DNA of 64,000 nucleotides from Octopus vulgaris (lineage: Eukaryota): the NCBI GenBank assembly GCA_951406725.2, contig OX597818.1, positions 10,106,001-10,170,000 on the forward strand, given 5' to 3'. Made by a program: the position numbers and the translations under genes. Under the pieces are notes generated by a model. The model did no database searches. It was given only the letters and a program-made list of their open reading frames with translations, and was not told the DNA's origin. Below, one piece after another: positions 26,601 through 39,435 of this stretch. The number at the start of each line of letters is the position of its first letter. Within the stretch, counting starts at the first letter, position 1.

Positions 26601-27639
26601 TGATCGCTATAAACTAATCAGTTGTGAAAGTTGTTCGGCAAAAGCTGAACACACATACGTCGTCCTCGACGAGAGATTCCATCACCATCATCATCATCAT
26701 CATCATCATTATGATTATTTTAGCAATAGTAGTACCAACAGCAGCAGTAGTAATATTAATATTATTGCTATTGTTGTAGTTTTTGTGGTTTTAGTAGTTA
26801 TTCTTATTGCTGTTGCTACATTTGTTTTTATTATAAACATGAGAGAAGGTGGTGCGTTGTGCCACAATATGAAACCATTATTATAAATATGAGGGATATA
26901 GTTATCTTGTAATTACCCAGATAATTCTAATGTCGAATTTGCTATATTCGCCTAACCATGTTAAGCTTCCCGTGTTTAAAATGTCTGCAGATATTTTTAA
27001 CTTCTTGACTATTTTGTGTATGATTGCTCTTGAACGCGCGTGCGTGTGTATATCTCTGTGCATGTGTATGTATCTGTCTGTGAGAGTGTGCAAGACACAG
27101 GATTGGTTGAATTATTGCTGACGTCATAGATAAGCAGACAATTGCATGTATGTAGATCGATAAAGCAAGAGGGAAGTGACAAAGTGAGAGCGAAACAAAC
27201 CCCATTCATGTGAGAGAAGCAGTGAGAAAGGAAAAAGTGGAAAGGTAAATGAAAGACAGAGTAAGGGATCAAATGATGTTTCTGACTTTCTTGGCCCTTA
27301 AGTTTACATAGAATATATCTATATTGTATGTCTAAGTGTGTGTAAGTAGGTAGAAAACTGGGGTGTTGACATGTATATGTTAATCGCTTGCCATACAATC
27401 ATGTTGTGCGCGTGAGTGCTATCAAAATGTTATGTTGATTCGAAACACATTAAAATAATGTGTTTATATATAGTTTTTCCCTTTTCCAATAACTACCCAA
27501 ACATATCATCTTTATTGCCTTTGTGCATGAATACAAATGCCATGTTAGAAATGCAATGCAGCAATTTCTAACTCACAATTTTTTTTTTTAATTAACCGAA
27601 ATATTTATTCGAAGACTGCTTTATTGTCGAGCATCTTCG

Positions 27640-28025
27640 TATTGCACCTGGAGATATTACTGGATTTGTCCTGCACGCCTCTGAAAATTTCCAGGTTATC
27701 AGCTTCACATTTTGTGAATCCTGAGGTACATTATTATGCTAATTTTGGTTAGATGGGTGGGACACTTGCATTCCTGCACACACCTCTTTTTAGCTTCTCT
27801 AATCATATCTGATTCTGAGTACAAAACACAGTGTGCTGTCTCGAGCAGGATGTTCCTAAAGAGACTACGCTAAGTTATAATTTTTAAGGCTGTTTTGAGG
27901 GCTTCTTTGCATCACTTCTTTGGGCTACTATGTGACTGAGAGCTATTTCATTAAAGAAGATCTGTTTGGGACGTCTGTTGTCTGGCATGCGCGCTATATG
28001 CCCACGCTACCGCAGCTGGAATTTA
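27640..28025 (-). mobile_element. RTE-clade LINE 3' fragment
   Basis: QLR*RGHIARMPDNRRPKQIFF on the minus strand. Confidence 0.6.
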
Positions 28026-28869
28026 TTTAACTAAAAAAGAAAAGGTCAGCAAACGTTTCAAATTTTATTACACTATGGAAAATTTGTATATTGTTTATCT
28101 CTATCACCTGAAATGTTTCTTCTTAAGGATGCTCGCTCTCATACAAAATGCAAGGACGAACACCATTTCTCTACCTTAAAGAGAAGCATGTTTCAGATGA
28201 TGTCTACCATTAAATGATGACCAGTGTAAAGCAACTGCGTTGAAGACTGGTTTGTTATAATCACCTTTACAATCATCTGGCATTTCGATTAAAATGTGTT
28301 GACATACTAAAAGTTAATGGAGATTTGGCTGTTGGTATTAAGCATCAAGTGTAGCGATGCGGTAATCATTCCTTTTAGTCATCTTATCTTCTCCTTGGCT
28401 CTCACTGTTACTGAAGACAAAATTCTAGCAATGAGGGGAGACAGATAACATAAGTCATATACTTATCTCAGAGTAACCGGTCTCAAGATGAATAACCATC
28501 AATTGAGCCTCAACGTGAGATTCGTTACGAGGCTAATTCTCCGGTTCCAGATATCTGAAAGTGAGTCCAAAGTACTAAGGTTTTCTACACAATTGCAATG
28601 GCATCCGTTAGAAAACAATATGAAATACTTTTTCGAGATTCACATGGAGGCGAAAATTAGAGTATTTCTGAAGAATATTGTATAAAACTGGATAAAGTAA
28701 GAAAATTCACAAATTATCGTCGTAACTTCAGTACTGTCTGGAAATAAAACACTTCACAGTTTCATAGTGCATTCATACATGTAATATTAACAGAGGGGCA
28801 GAGACAAGAGAAATGCTACTTTGGTATTTGAAGATAATTTGGGATGAGTGTATAGTGAGGTAGGGACGA

Positions 28870-29185
28870 TTATTACCCACAGGAAGCCTCGGACCTCCCA
28901 ACACTACCGGTTGAGACGCTACCGGATTTACGATGACAGGCTAAACTTCGACTCTTTACGATGACAGTATACTGTTGTTGTATACAACATTATGCAATTT
29001 AACACAGTGAGTAGAGAGCCGAAGCGGTTGTAATGTCCTTAATGTTGCATTTTTGTCGGTAATGCTGAGGAAACGAGACAGTTGAATTTCCTAACAGGGT
29101 CAACAAGTCTACGTGATAACGGTGATCAACTTATTGAAACACGTGTACATTATGTAAAGAACATATACCAGTTACATTTTCTGTG
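28870..29185 (+). mobile_element. Degenerate mariner C-terminal fragment
   Basis: FLTGSTSL..DQLIETRVHYVK resembles the mariner C-terminus (GI.KL..RW.KCI...GDYVEK). Confidence 0.35.
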
Positions 29186-29192
29186 TTTACAT

Positions 29193-29259
<67 letters not shown>

Positions 29260-30970
29260 CACACACATATACTCGTTTGAATATGTATTTTATTATTTAT
29301 ATATTTGTCGATATATGCGTATATCTAGTATATATGCATAGTATATATGCATATACAAATGTGAATATGTACATATATTTCTTGTTACTCTAAGAAGCGG
29401 TGCACGGCACAGAATTTTCAACTCTGGTCATATGTAACAAGCTATTCCAAATCGTTGTTTGAGTATCCGCAGAAGTGGAATTGAGACCATTCAGTTTGTA
29501 CTGGCATCGAAGCGTAACAGTTGCAATAACCAACCATTTCGTGAAGCATGACATCTATATTCTCCTTCTCGTTCCTTTGCTTCTTTTCCCTTCAATCATT
29601 CCAGTCATCGCTAAGTTCTCCAGGCTCGCTTTCCTCATCACATGATCAAGCTGCTTGGTTCTTCTTAGTTACTCGGCCCTTATCTCACGAAGTAGGTTCC
29701 TATTTTCTGCAGTCCAGTTCATCACTTTTTCATTAGACACTTTATCCATGGTACCCTCAATATTCTCCTTAAGAGCAACATTTCACTGCTCTCCAAGCAC
29801 CGTCTCGTTTCTGATGTTGTAGACTGTGCATCACTTCCATACAATAGCGCAGAGTACACAATAGTTCAATATACAAATATTGGTCTTGATGCTCAAAGTA
29901 CAGTTTCTCATGACGTACAATTTTGCGAAGGCAGATTTTGCCAACACTATTCGTCTTTTGATATCCTTCACACGTCTTCCATCTTCTATGATCAAAATTC
30001 AAAAGAAGTTTGAGGATGATACTTGCTTAATAATTTGATTATTCACTTTCAGCAGCATGCACTTTGGGCTTCCCTTCTTTGTTACCACCACACACTCCGT
30101 CGTCTTGCAATTTGTGAACAGTTCATTCCTCTCACTTTCTCTGACCCCCTACACCCAGAAGCCCCTGAAGTTCATTTTCTGATTTTTCACGTAAGACTAT
30201 CATTTGCATATCTTATGTTTTTGCCTCCTAAATTAAGGTTTTATCCTTCTCCAATTCTCTTACAATCATTTCTCTATAGTTATTGAAAAGATGTGATGAC
30301 ATAAGCCACCCTTGTCTAACCCCTCTCTTAATCCTAGTCTAGTCACTATATTCTCCATCCACCTTTATGCACGCTGATTGGTTCCAGTACAGGCTCTGCA
30401 AGATTCGCAGACAAAGGTTACTGAGTTCTTTAAATAATATGTCTTGTCTTACTTTGTCGAAGGCCGTTGTGTAATCTACGAAACACATAAAGACGACTTT
30501 CTGTATTTCCACTGTCTGTTCCGTTATCATTCTCAATACAAACATAGTATCCCTAATACCAGCATCCTTTATAAAGCCAAACTGTGTTTCTCAGAATGAT
30601 CTTTGTACCATGACTCATTTGACCAATCGTGCGACGTTGTTCACAGTCCGCCGCTCCTGCTTTCTTCCTGAATGAAGATGGATTTACTCAGATCTTCTGG
30701 AAATTCCTTATCAGCATAGATCTTGATAATTGCATTTGTCAGTTTTCTTATTTTATATTCTTCTAATGTTTTTATAATCTCAATGATAAATCCATCTGGT
30801 CCAGCAGTTTTGTTGTTTCATTTTGATGACTGTCTGTACTTCATATGGCAGGTTCTTTGGACACTCATACGATAAAAAGAAAAGACTAGGCAAAGTTTCT
30901 CTCGCATCATGAAATAAGTCTCCTATATACTCTGTCCATCTATTCAAAATGTCAATCTTCTCGACTAACA

Positions 30971-31169
30971 AGGCGGTGAGCTGGCAGAAATGTTAGCACG
31001 CCGGGCGAAATGCTTAGCGGTATTTCATCCATCTTCAAACTCCGCCGAGGTCGACTTCGCTTTTCATCCTTTCGGGATCGATACACTAAGTACCAGTTGC
31101 GTACTGGGGTCGATCTAATCGACTGCCCCCTCCCCCAAAATTTAGGGCCTTGTGCCTAGAGTAGAAACG
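30971..31169 (+). mobile_element. SINE family A copy with 17-bp target-site duplication
   Basis: Head AGGCGGTGAGCTGGCAGAAATGTTAGCACGCCGGGCGAAATGC. Flanked by AATCTTCTCGACTAACA at 30954-30970 and 31170-31186. Confidence 0.92.
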
Positions 31170-32115
31170 AATCTTCTCGACTAACACGGTACCATACTTT
31201 GCTTTGATACATCCGGAGTTTGAGCATCATGACTGTCTATCAGAGTTCCTATTTATGCTCTGATCTACTCTGTGTCATACTGCAGATTACCTTCCAATTT
31301 CTTCACACTGTCCATTCAGCCCGGTTTCTTTAGCCTCCCTACACTTCCATTTAATGAGTCTATCCAGCTCCCTCTTCTCTTTGGATTTCCTCCTCCTGAT
31401 CTTCTGCCTCTTACTTACCATTGAAAGTAACTCCTCAGTAATTCATTCATTACTTTGTTCCTTTTCCTTCAGCAGGATTTCCTGGGCTGTTTCTGCTAAG
31501 GTGTTTCTCATTACTTCTCCGATAATCTCCGATAATCTCGCCATTATCAATCAGCTGTTTAAACCTGTTCTTTACATTGGTAGAATACTCCAGCTGCACC
31601 TTCGGCGTATTCAGCCGCTCAATATTCAGTTTCTTTGTATTTCTTATTCTTTTCACCTTCTTTAATTTACATTGGAGTATTCATACCACTGGTACATGGT
31701 TGCTTCCACAGTCTACTCCTGGGTGTATGTTTGCATGTTTCATTGATCTTTAGTTAAATATATTCAATGAGAATATTATATACTGAATTTATATTGAGCG
31801 CTCTATTGTATTAAAGTATTAATACTATTAAAGTATTTATGTATTTAATATGAGCGATTATATATATTTTATATACTATCATTAATATAAGGAAATCAAT
31901 AATAAAAAGCAATAATAAATCTCTGAACGAGGTATAAACTGCACGACAATGTGAGGTATACTTGCCATCTCAATATAGCTAACCACTAAGGGTGGGTGTT
32001 ACTGTAGCTTGTAGCCCCAGGAGAACATCGTCTCCGGCTGGCTTTAGGCACACCTTCTGTGCCCTTATGGTATTTGCAAAGGGAGGTCATCCTTCCCTCG
32101 TCAACCTAAGTGATA

Positions 32116-32160
32116 CGCACGGACTGCAGTTTCTAGGTATTGACTTGTCATCAGCGTACG
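32116..32160 (-). ncRNA. Type I minimal hammerhead ribozyme motif
   Basis: CGTACG-CTGATGA-CAAGTCAATACCTA-GAAA-CTGCAG-TC-CGTGCG. Intact core, 6-bp stem I, palindromic stem III and GUC site; stem II has two mismatches. Confidence 0.75.
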
Positions 32161-32380
32161 ACAATCACCGGTTTTCGATGAAAGGGGTCCCAATGCAAAT
32201 ACTTATATCGTTTTTCCAGTAACTTTTCGTCACTGATCTCGAAAAAATTCTTCAGAAAGATATATACGTGTGTAAAATAATTTTTGTATTAAAAATATAA
32301 ATATATTTAAATATATGTAAATATGTATAAGTATAAATATATAATAATGACATTTTAAAAGTTTCGAATTAAGTTTTTAA

Positions 32381-32480
32381 AGCATTTTACGATCGTTTCG
32401 CAGAAGTACTGTCCCTATAATGGAATCCTATATTGATAAGCATTTATAGACAATTCTTCTGCTCTCCAGAGATATGAAAT
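32381..32480 (-). ncRNA. Degenerate type I hammerhead motif with long helix II
   Basis: CTGGAGA (A6 changed to G)-GCAGAAG...CTTCTGC-GAAA-CGATCG-TA. Helix II spans 32400-32462; stem I is imperfect. Confidence 0.55.
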
Positions 32481-33557
32481 GTGAAATTTGTATAATTTAT
32501 CGAATGGTAGTTTTTTTTTTAAATATGAAGTAATATACGAAAATGATGTTTGTTGGAAATATAAAATAAAATTAAAAATTACTGCTTTTGATTTTGGTAA
32601 GTACACTTTAGTATAAGAGTCTTTAAATCCATATATGCTTCCTTGGTAATTCTTCTGTAATAATCCATAATAGTTATGTGTAAAATTCATTATATTGTCT
32701 TGTATTCCAAATATAGTTCATAGACTTAGATAATATAGAATAATGGAATCCTATATCGATAAACATTTATAGATAACTCTTCTGCTATTTCATTCTGTTT
32801 CATTGATCTGTTAAATCTGTCATTGATGGAGATATTATCGACGTGTTTGCTCAAGATATCACCAGGAGCCTTCCATGAGCATATTCTTTTAAAGTGATCC
32901 TTCAACCATGTGTTTGTAATAATCATATTCTCTACTTCATATCCGTCCCTCAACTTCTATCATTTTTCAAGCCAATTCCATACAGACCAACTGCTTTGCC
33001 ATTCTGTCCATGTCCAACCTTTGCATTCAGATGTCCTATGATGATATTGACTTCATCTGTGTTGTACTGGGACTTGGCTTCCACCAAGGTTTCATAGAAA
33101 GCATCAACCTCCTCTTCTGTGCTATTTGCTGTGGCTGCATAAACAACTGCGATGGTAGATGATAAGTGAATGTCTATGCAGTTTGACAAGCAGAACTCGT
33201 TCATTTACCATCCAGTAGCCAAGGACACCTTTTGCCATATCAGGATCTAAAAGTAGTCCTACTCCTTTTTCATGTTTGTTACCACCTGTATAAATGATCC
33301 TGAAATCATCGATGATGAAGGCATCATTATTCGGCCACCTTGTTTCATTTATGGCCGTTTATTAGCATTTTCAAGCTTGTCACTGTGATATAAAGTTCTC
33401 ACATTCCAAGTATCACCACTTCTAGTACTTCTGTTGCTAACAATAGTCTGCAGTCAGGACCCACCTGTTGCTCATGGGATACCCTATCGAGCGCGGAGTC
33501 GTCCTCATTAGACAGACAATCCCCTTTCATGCCATTATCTTCCAGCATCCGGATGGT

Positions 33558-33986
33558 CTTTTAGTCTTTGAAACGCAAATGTGGCCTTGCAACTGACCTT
33601 CCTCTCGGGAATTGATCAAAGAGAAGTTGCTTCGGAATTCTGATATCACTCATACGTGCAAAATGACCAGGCAAAATTAAGCTGTATTTTGATGAGGATG
33701 GCTTCAATACCTGAAGTGCTGCATTTTGTAAGTATCTCGCTGTTATGAATATGGTTTTATGTTGGAGATAGTATGCAAGCATCGCTTATGAAAAGCGTCA
33801 AGCTGATTGATGTGCTTTCGGTACAAAGTCCCAGATTCAGCACCATAAAGCAATGTTGTCAAGACCACCGACTTATATACATTAACTTTCACTTTCAACA
33901 ATCCGTCATGACTGTTCCAAAGCCTGTGATAAAGCTTACTGAAAGTGGAGCTAGCATTCCCGATTCTGGACTCGATTTCTTTATCC

Positions 33987-33988
<2 letters not shown>
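33558..33988 (-). mobile_element. RTE (BovB-like) LINE C-terminal fragment
   Basis: DKEIESRIGNASSTFSKL..KVNVYKSVVLTTLLYGAES..LDAFHKRCL and GHFARMSDIRIPKQLL..RFKD. Confidence 0.85.
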
Positions 33989-34059
<71 letters not shown>

Positions 34060-34139
34060 TGTGTGTGTATGCATGTATGTATGCATGTATATTTCTATAT
34101 ATGTCTGCATGTATGTATGTATTGTTTATGTTATCATCC

Positions 34140-34242
34140 CCGCTTTTCCTTTTGTTTCCTCTCGCCATCACACACACAAACATTTTCATTATGTCTATCT
34201 CCATCTCTATTACTTTCTCTCACTTTTTCTCTCTATTTCTCT

Positions 34243-34293
<51 letters not shown>

Positions 34294-35145
34294 GCGCGCG
34301 CACTTTTTCGTTTCCTTCTCATTCTTTCTTCCGGTTACATTCACTGTTTATTTTTTTCCCACTCTCTTTCTCTTCCACACACTTTTCATTACACTCTCTC
34401 TCCCGTTCTCTCCCCCTCTCTCTCTACTTATATGTACACTCCTATTACCCATCTGTCACTCTGTCACTCCATTCTCCTTCTTTTCCGATTACCTCCCTTT
34501 CCTCCTTATTATATTCGTTATCTTTCTATATTTTCTCACCTTTCTTTCACCAATCTCTTTCTCTTCCCCTCTTACACACATTTTCTTACATCTCTACTTC
34601 ATCCTTGAATGCTTTCTCACTGTCCCACTTTTTTCTCTCTTTCTATTTATCTTTCTTTGGTTTATTTTTTTACTCTCCCCTTCTCTCTCTCCCTCCCTAT
34701 CTCACCATTCTCTCCCTCTAAATCTCTCTCCCTCTCTTTCTCTTGCACTTTTATTTTTATTGCTTCTCTCTTCATCGCCCTATTTTTCTTCCTATATACT
34801 CCTTCATATTCTCTTTCTCTCCATGTCTGTCTCTCCCTCTCTCCTGCTCTCTCTCTCTCGATTCTCTCTCTCTCTTCTCTCTCTCACTCCCTCTCATTCT
34901 TTCTCTCTCTTTCTCTCTCACACTCTCTCATGTGCCTATCTCTTTCTTTCTTCTCTCCCTTTCTGTTTCTCACTCACTCTCTCATTCACACTCTCTCTCT
35001 TATTCCTTCTCTCACATTCTCTCTCCGTTTCTCTTTCTCTCTCTCACGTCTCTCGTTCTTTCACTTTTTCTCTCATACACTCTCTCTGATTATTTCATTT
35101 TCTCTCACTCCCCCCCTCTCTCTCTCTCTCTCTCTCTCATCTTCA
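34140..35145. repeat. Polypyrimidine (CT-rich) low-complexity tract
   Basis: Direct reading. Confidence 0.9.
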
Positions 35146-35434
35146 TTGTTTTTCATACATATCGCTTTGAGATATCACTAAGAAAGAATTCATTCTGAAA
35201 GTTATCTGTTCAAAAAAAAAAAAAAACAGCCAAAGAACGTCGCCTGGCAAATATTCGATTGAAATTCAAGTGGCAATGGAGATATCCAGCTTAGTAGGTC
35301 TTTGAGGTGAACAATACTCACAAAATAGAGTTTAGCCTGAAGGAATTCGCAAAGAGAAATTGGTGCCAAAACGTTTATAACTTAATTTGCATTCTGCTGA
35401 GAATTTAAAAGAAAGATCTATTTCTTCTTCTAGT

Positions 35435-35529
35435 TGCCGATGTTGACATTGTTGTTAGTGTTGATGTTGCTGAGGCTGCAGTTGCTGATGTTGTTGTTGT
35501 TGTTGTTGTTGTTTATGATGGTGGAAATG

Positions 35530-35615
<86 letters not shown>

Positions 35616-35645
35616 GCTAGTGGTGGTGGCGGTGACGGTGGTAGC
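35435..35645. repeat. (TTG)n/(TAG)n/(TGG)n compound microsatellite
   Basis: Direct reading. Confidence 0.9.
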
Positions 35646-38027
35646 GGAGGTGGTTATCGTGATATTATCGGTTGTGATGTGAGTAGTATTACTGCCTATT
35701 CTTAGGCATAGCCATTTCATTATCATTATCAGTGTTGTTGTTGTTGTTGTTGTTAATATTATAGCGTTTATTAAAAAGCTGCTGCCGTCGAGAAATAGAT
35801 TAAGAGCAGGAGTTAGCTAGAAGTAGCGATTGGTTTACTAATCACCGACATGCCAGCGGCGAGAATAGCTCTCAGCCATTTCTTCAACGCGGAGCACGAT
35901 ACCCGCATTTTCTGAAGGAACGAAAGAGGACAATGGGTTTGGATATGGGAGGCGTAACGTGGCGACAAAGCCACAATCAAATCTTCAACTTACCGAGAGT
36001 GGTGTTTGCTAATCGGTTCCATGTTGAAGTATGTACCGTTCCAGCAGCACTTTGCTCAAATGTTCGGAGGAAGTGATAGTGCAGAGATTATTATGCACCT
36101 TTAATGTCTACCTCGACGGCCTGACGCAGCTCTTGGCCGAAGACACGAGCTACTGCAGAAGGGTAATAATATTAATGATATACGAAAGGTAGCAAGATTT
36201 GGGGAAAGGAACAAAGCGCAAGGTTTGGATAGTCTGCTCTATGGGTTGTAAAGTAACATCTTGGCAGGCGTTCTCAACAACTAACAGCAGACTACGAGAA
36301 TTTCCAGTTCTGTGAACCAGAGCATGTTAACCTTCCAGGCAAAAAATACCAACAAAGATAATTTCTAACTCATAATTCAATTGAATGTAGAGTGAAGGTA
36401 TTGAAAAAGATAATGGTACTTGTCGTCGATGGTTTGGTTAAGGAAACGCAAAATTGTGCAAGCCCCAAAAGATCCATCTACGATATATCAACGAGTAAGT
36501 GAAAACCAGACTTGGCTTTGGTAGACACTGATCAGTCTGGATTAGAAGTAAGCTTTTGATTGTCTTAATCATTGCCAGTAGGCTGACATTTTAAACCGTT
36601 TTCAGAGGTCACAACTATACTCACTGGCATTGCTCAATGGTTAGAGTGAACGGTGACCTTGCGGCATCTTTTTATATCCCGCACTCGAATGTAGAGGCGT
36701 CCTCTCTCGTCTCTTCTATAAGGGCCATGAAGAGTAAACTTATGACCAAAGACATACTAAGTGTGGTCATTCCATGATTTTGGTATACCTCCAGCTCCAT
36801 TGTCCCTTTTTAGAACGGTGGGGTGTAACTTGATGGAAGTTTCGTCGCAACTTCCCGAAGATCTATCAAGCACATTCTGATGGTGATAGGACATTTTACA
36901 CCTGTATGTCTCGAAAGACTATTGAGCATGCACCACTTGTCAGTTAGGATTTGAGCTCCAGCAAAACACGTGCTCTCGAGCAATTGCTTCCACTTTCACT
37001 ATAGAACTGATATGATTTCGCGTGAGTATTAGCTGTGGGTACATAAAAATTCTGAAGTCAGAAAAACACTTCTTGACTTTACTGATGCAGCCTTAACTGA
37101 TACAGAATAGTAAGATTTTCAATAAGCTGGCTGCCAAAGGGGCCAGAATTCCAAATCGAATACCAGTCGGCCTTAGGAGCGTTAGTCTGAAGATTTAATT
37201 CTTAGCTTTGTCTCATAAAGCAGCAAGCTTATTTACTTACATTTGGTGGGGCTTGTGTACAAATGAGCAGGAGTCAGATGAGTGTGAGATTCCTGTCAGG
37301 CAAGGTCGTCAATCTCTGAAGTAGTTTCGTAAATACTAGTAGTGGTGTTCTTTTGTTGTCGAGATGGAGGAAGAAAAGTCCAGGTTGTCTGCCACACGAC
37401 TAAGCAAATTCCAAATATCCATAGCTGCAAATATACCAGGCTTTTAGCTCACTCTTGACCTGGGCGTAAACAACAACGACTTGAAAAAAATTTCATTGTA
37501 TCTAGCTTCATATGAAACATTTCTCAATTTACATTCTGCACGTTGTTACTCACTTCTTTCATTGATCCTCAAGAGGTATCGATAAAAATAATTACCAATA
37601 ATATTGTCAATGGGGTGATCAATCGAGCTGACAACAATATTAACACATCACACAACAATTATTGATCTTGTGCCTAGTTGCCTACTGAAAACAAAATCAA
37701 TTTTTAAAACTACATATTGATTCATCACTTGGAATAAAAAATAAATTAATTAAATAAACAAACATATAGAAAAACCCGATTTCCATTATTTGGAGGAAGA
37801 AAAAGTCCAATATCTGTTTGATTTCAAATGATATAATATTTATAGATCGTTTTGCTTAGTTATAAATTTGCAAAGTTAGAATTATTAGTCAGAGTTTCAA
37901 ACATCTAAACTGCTAAATTATAATCAATGTTTCAATGTAAAAAAACATTTCTCAATTAATGTAGAGAAGATAATTTCTACAATCAGTATACATAGTTCGT
38001 CCTCCACTTCTTTCACTTTTCTCTTCC

Positions 38028-38131
<104 letters not shown>

Positions 38132-38215
38132 CGTATACATATACAAGTATATATGCATACATATACATATGCATATACATATACATATACATACATATAT
38201 ATATGTGTGTGTGTG

Positions 38216-38382
38216 TGTCGTAAGTAGCTTGCTTACCAACCACATGGTTCTAGGTTCAGTCCCACTGCGTAGCACCGTGGGCAAGTGTCTTCTACTATAG
38301 CCTCGGGCCGACCAAAACCTTTTGAATGGATTTGGTAGACGGAAACTGAAAGAAGCCCGTCATATATATGTATAGATATATG

Positions 38383-38413
<31 letters not shown>

Positions 38414-38630
38414 ATATGTTTGTGTGTCTGTGTTTGTCTCCTCAACATCGCTTGACAACAGATGTTGGTGTGTTTGCGTCCCTTAACTTAGCGGTTCGGC
38501 AAAAGAACCGATAGAATAAGTACTAGGCTTACAAAGAATAAGTCCTGGAGTCGATTTTCTCGACTAAAAGGTGGTGCTCCAACATGGCCGCAGTCAAATA
38601 ACTGAAACAAGTAAAAGAAATGAATAAAAG
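38216..38630 (+). mobile_element. SINE family B (CORE-like) copy
   Basis: GTAAGTAGCTTGCTTACCAACCACATGGTTCTAGGTTCAGTCCCACTGCG..GGGCAAGTGTCTTCTACTATAGCC, internal (TA)/(TG) tract, tail ACTGAAACAAGTAAAAGA. Confidence 0.88.
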
Positions 38631-38710
38631 AATATACATATATAGTTGTCTTCTCACTCTCTGATGCCCCACTACCTCCCCCCAGCCCTCTCTGCTGCTA
38701 TCTGGCTTTC

Positions 38711-38711
<1 letters not shown>

Positions 38712-38798
<87 letters not shown>
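38712..38798. repeat. (GATA)n microsatellite
   Basis: Direct reading. Confidence 0.95.
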
Positions 38799-38864
38799 CT
38801 TCTCTACACAGACATCTACCAAGCTAGCTATCTTTCTATTAGCAAGTCTATTGTCTATTTGCCT

Positions 38865-39030
38865 ACGTTGTGATTTCAAATTCCGCCGAGGTCGACTTTG
38901 CCTTTCATCCATTCGGGGTCGATAAATTAAGTACCAGTTACGCACTGCGGTCGATGTAATCGACTTAATCCCTTTGTCTGTCCTTGTTTGTCCCCTCTAT
39001 GTTTAGCCCCTTGTGGGTAACAAAGAAATA
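38865..39030 (+). mobile_element. SINE family A, 5'-truncated (tail variant B)
   Basis: TTCAAATTCCGCCGAGGTCGACTTTGCCTTTCATCC...GTTTAGCCCCTTGTGGGTAACAAAGAAATA. Confidence 0.88.
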
Positions 39031-39156
39031 TATTTGCCTCTGAATTAATATATATCTATCTATCTGTCAAACCATCTCGATATTTACCATCCTATACATG
39101 TGTTTTTGTGAATGTATCACCGTATATATTCATATGTTTATATTGTAATGAATATG

Positions 39157-39422
39157 TAGGATCGCGGTTTCGATACTCAGACCGGGTGTTGTGAGTGTTT
39201 ATTGAGCGAAAACACCTAAAGCTCCACGAGGCTCCGAGGGGGTGGGGTGACGATCCCTGCTGTACTCTTTCGCCACAACTTTCTCTCACTCTTTCTTCAG
39301 TTGGCCTCCTCACTTAGCCAGCGGGGTGGCGTCATTTGAAGGCTAAAACAATGCGACACACATTGTGACCAGCGATGTGTAGCAACATCTGATGGCCTGG
39401 TCGGTGACGTGATCACGTGATA
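39157..39422 (+). mobile_element. SINE family C copy
   Basis: B-box-like GGTTTCGATACTC, then GTGTTTATTGAGCGAAAACAC. Ends GACGTGATCACGTGA-(TA)n. Matches 7043-7238 in reverse. Confidence 0.8.
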
Positions 39423-39435
39423 TATATATATATTA

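Larger units (their letters stand above)
31750..32795 (-). mobile_element. AT-rich non-coding insert (Penelope pLTR/retrozyme-like) inside the RTE
   Basis: Flanked by duplicated TGTTTCATTGATCT (31736-31749, 32796-32809). Has an internal ~47-bp direct repeat (32417-32463 vs 32740-32786) and two hammerhead motifs. Confidence 0.65.
29395..33555 (-). mobile_element. RTE-clade LINE (APE endonuclease + RT), decayed, interrupted by a SINE and a 1-kb insert
   Basis: APE motifs TWNVRT (~33400) and VVYAATANSTEEEVDAFY..IIIGHLNAKVG. RT motifs CFVDYTTAFDKV, RGVRQGWLMSSHLFN and NIRYAND. C-terminal GMIEGKRSKGTRR. Confidence 0.88.

Noticed and set aside
31955-32045. Twister- or HDV-like second ribozyme in the retrozyme-like unit
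   Set aside because: There is only a superficial resemblance (TAACACCC, GCTACAAGC); the required pseudoknot pairings could not be built.
33773-35198. 438-aa ORF and overlapping L/S/F-rich ORFs that look like membrane proteins
   Set aside because: They consist of an antisense RTE fragment plus (TG)n and CT-rich tracts that lack stops by composition.
35760-37470. Possible decayed CRE-clade or other LINE
   Set aside because: No motif could be read with confidence. A translated HMM search against TE proteins is needed.
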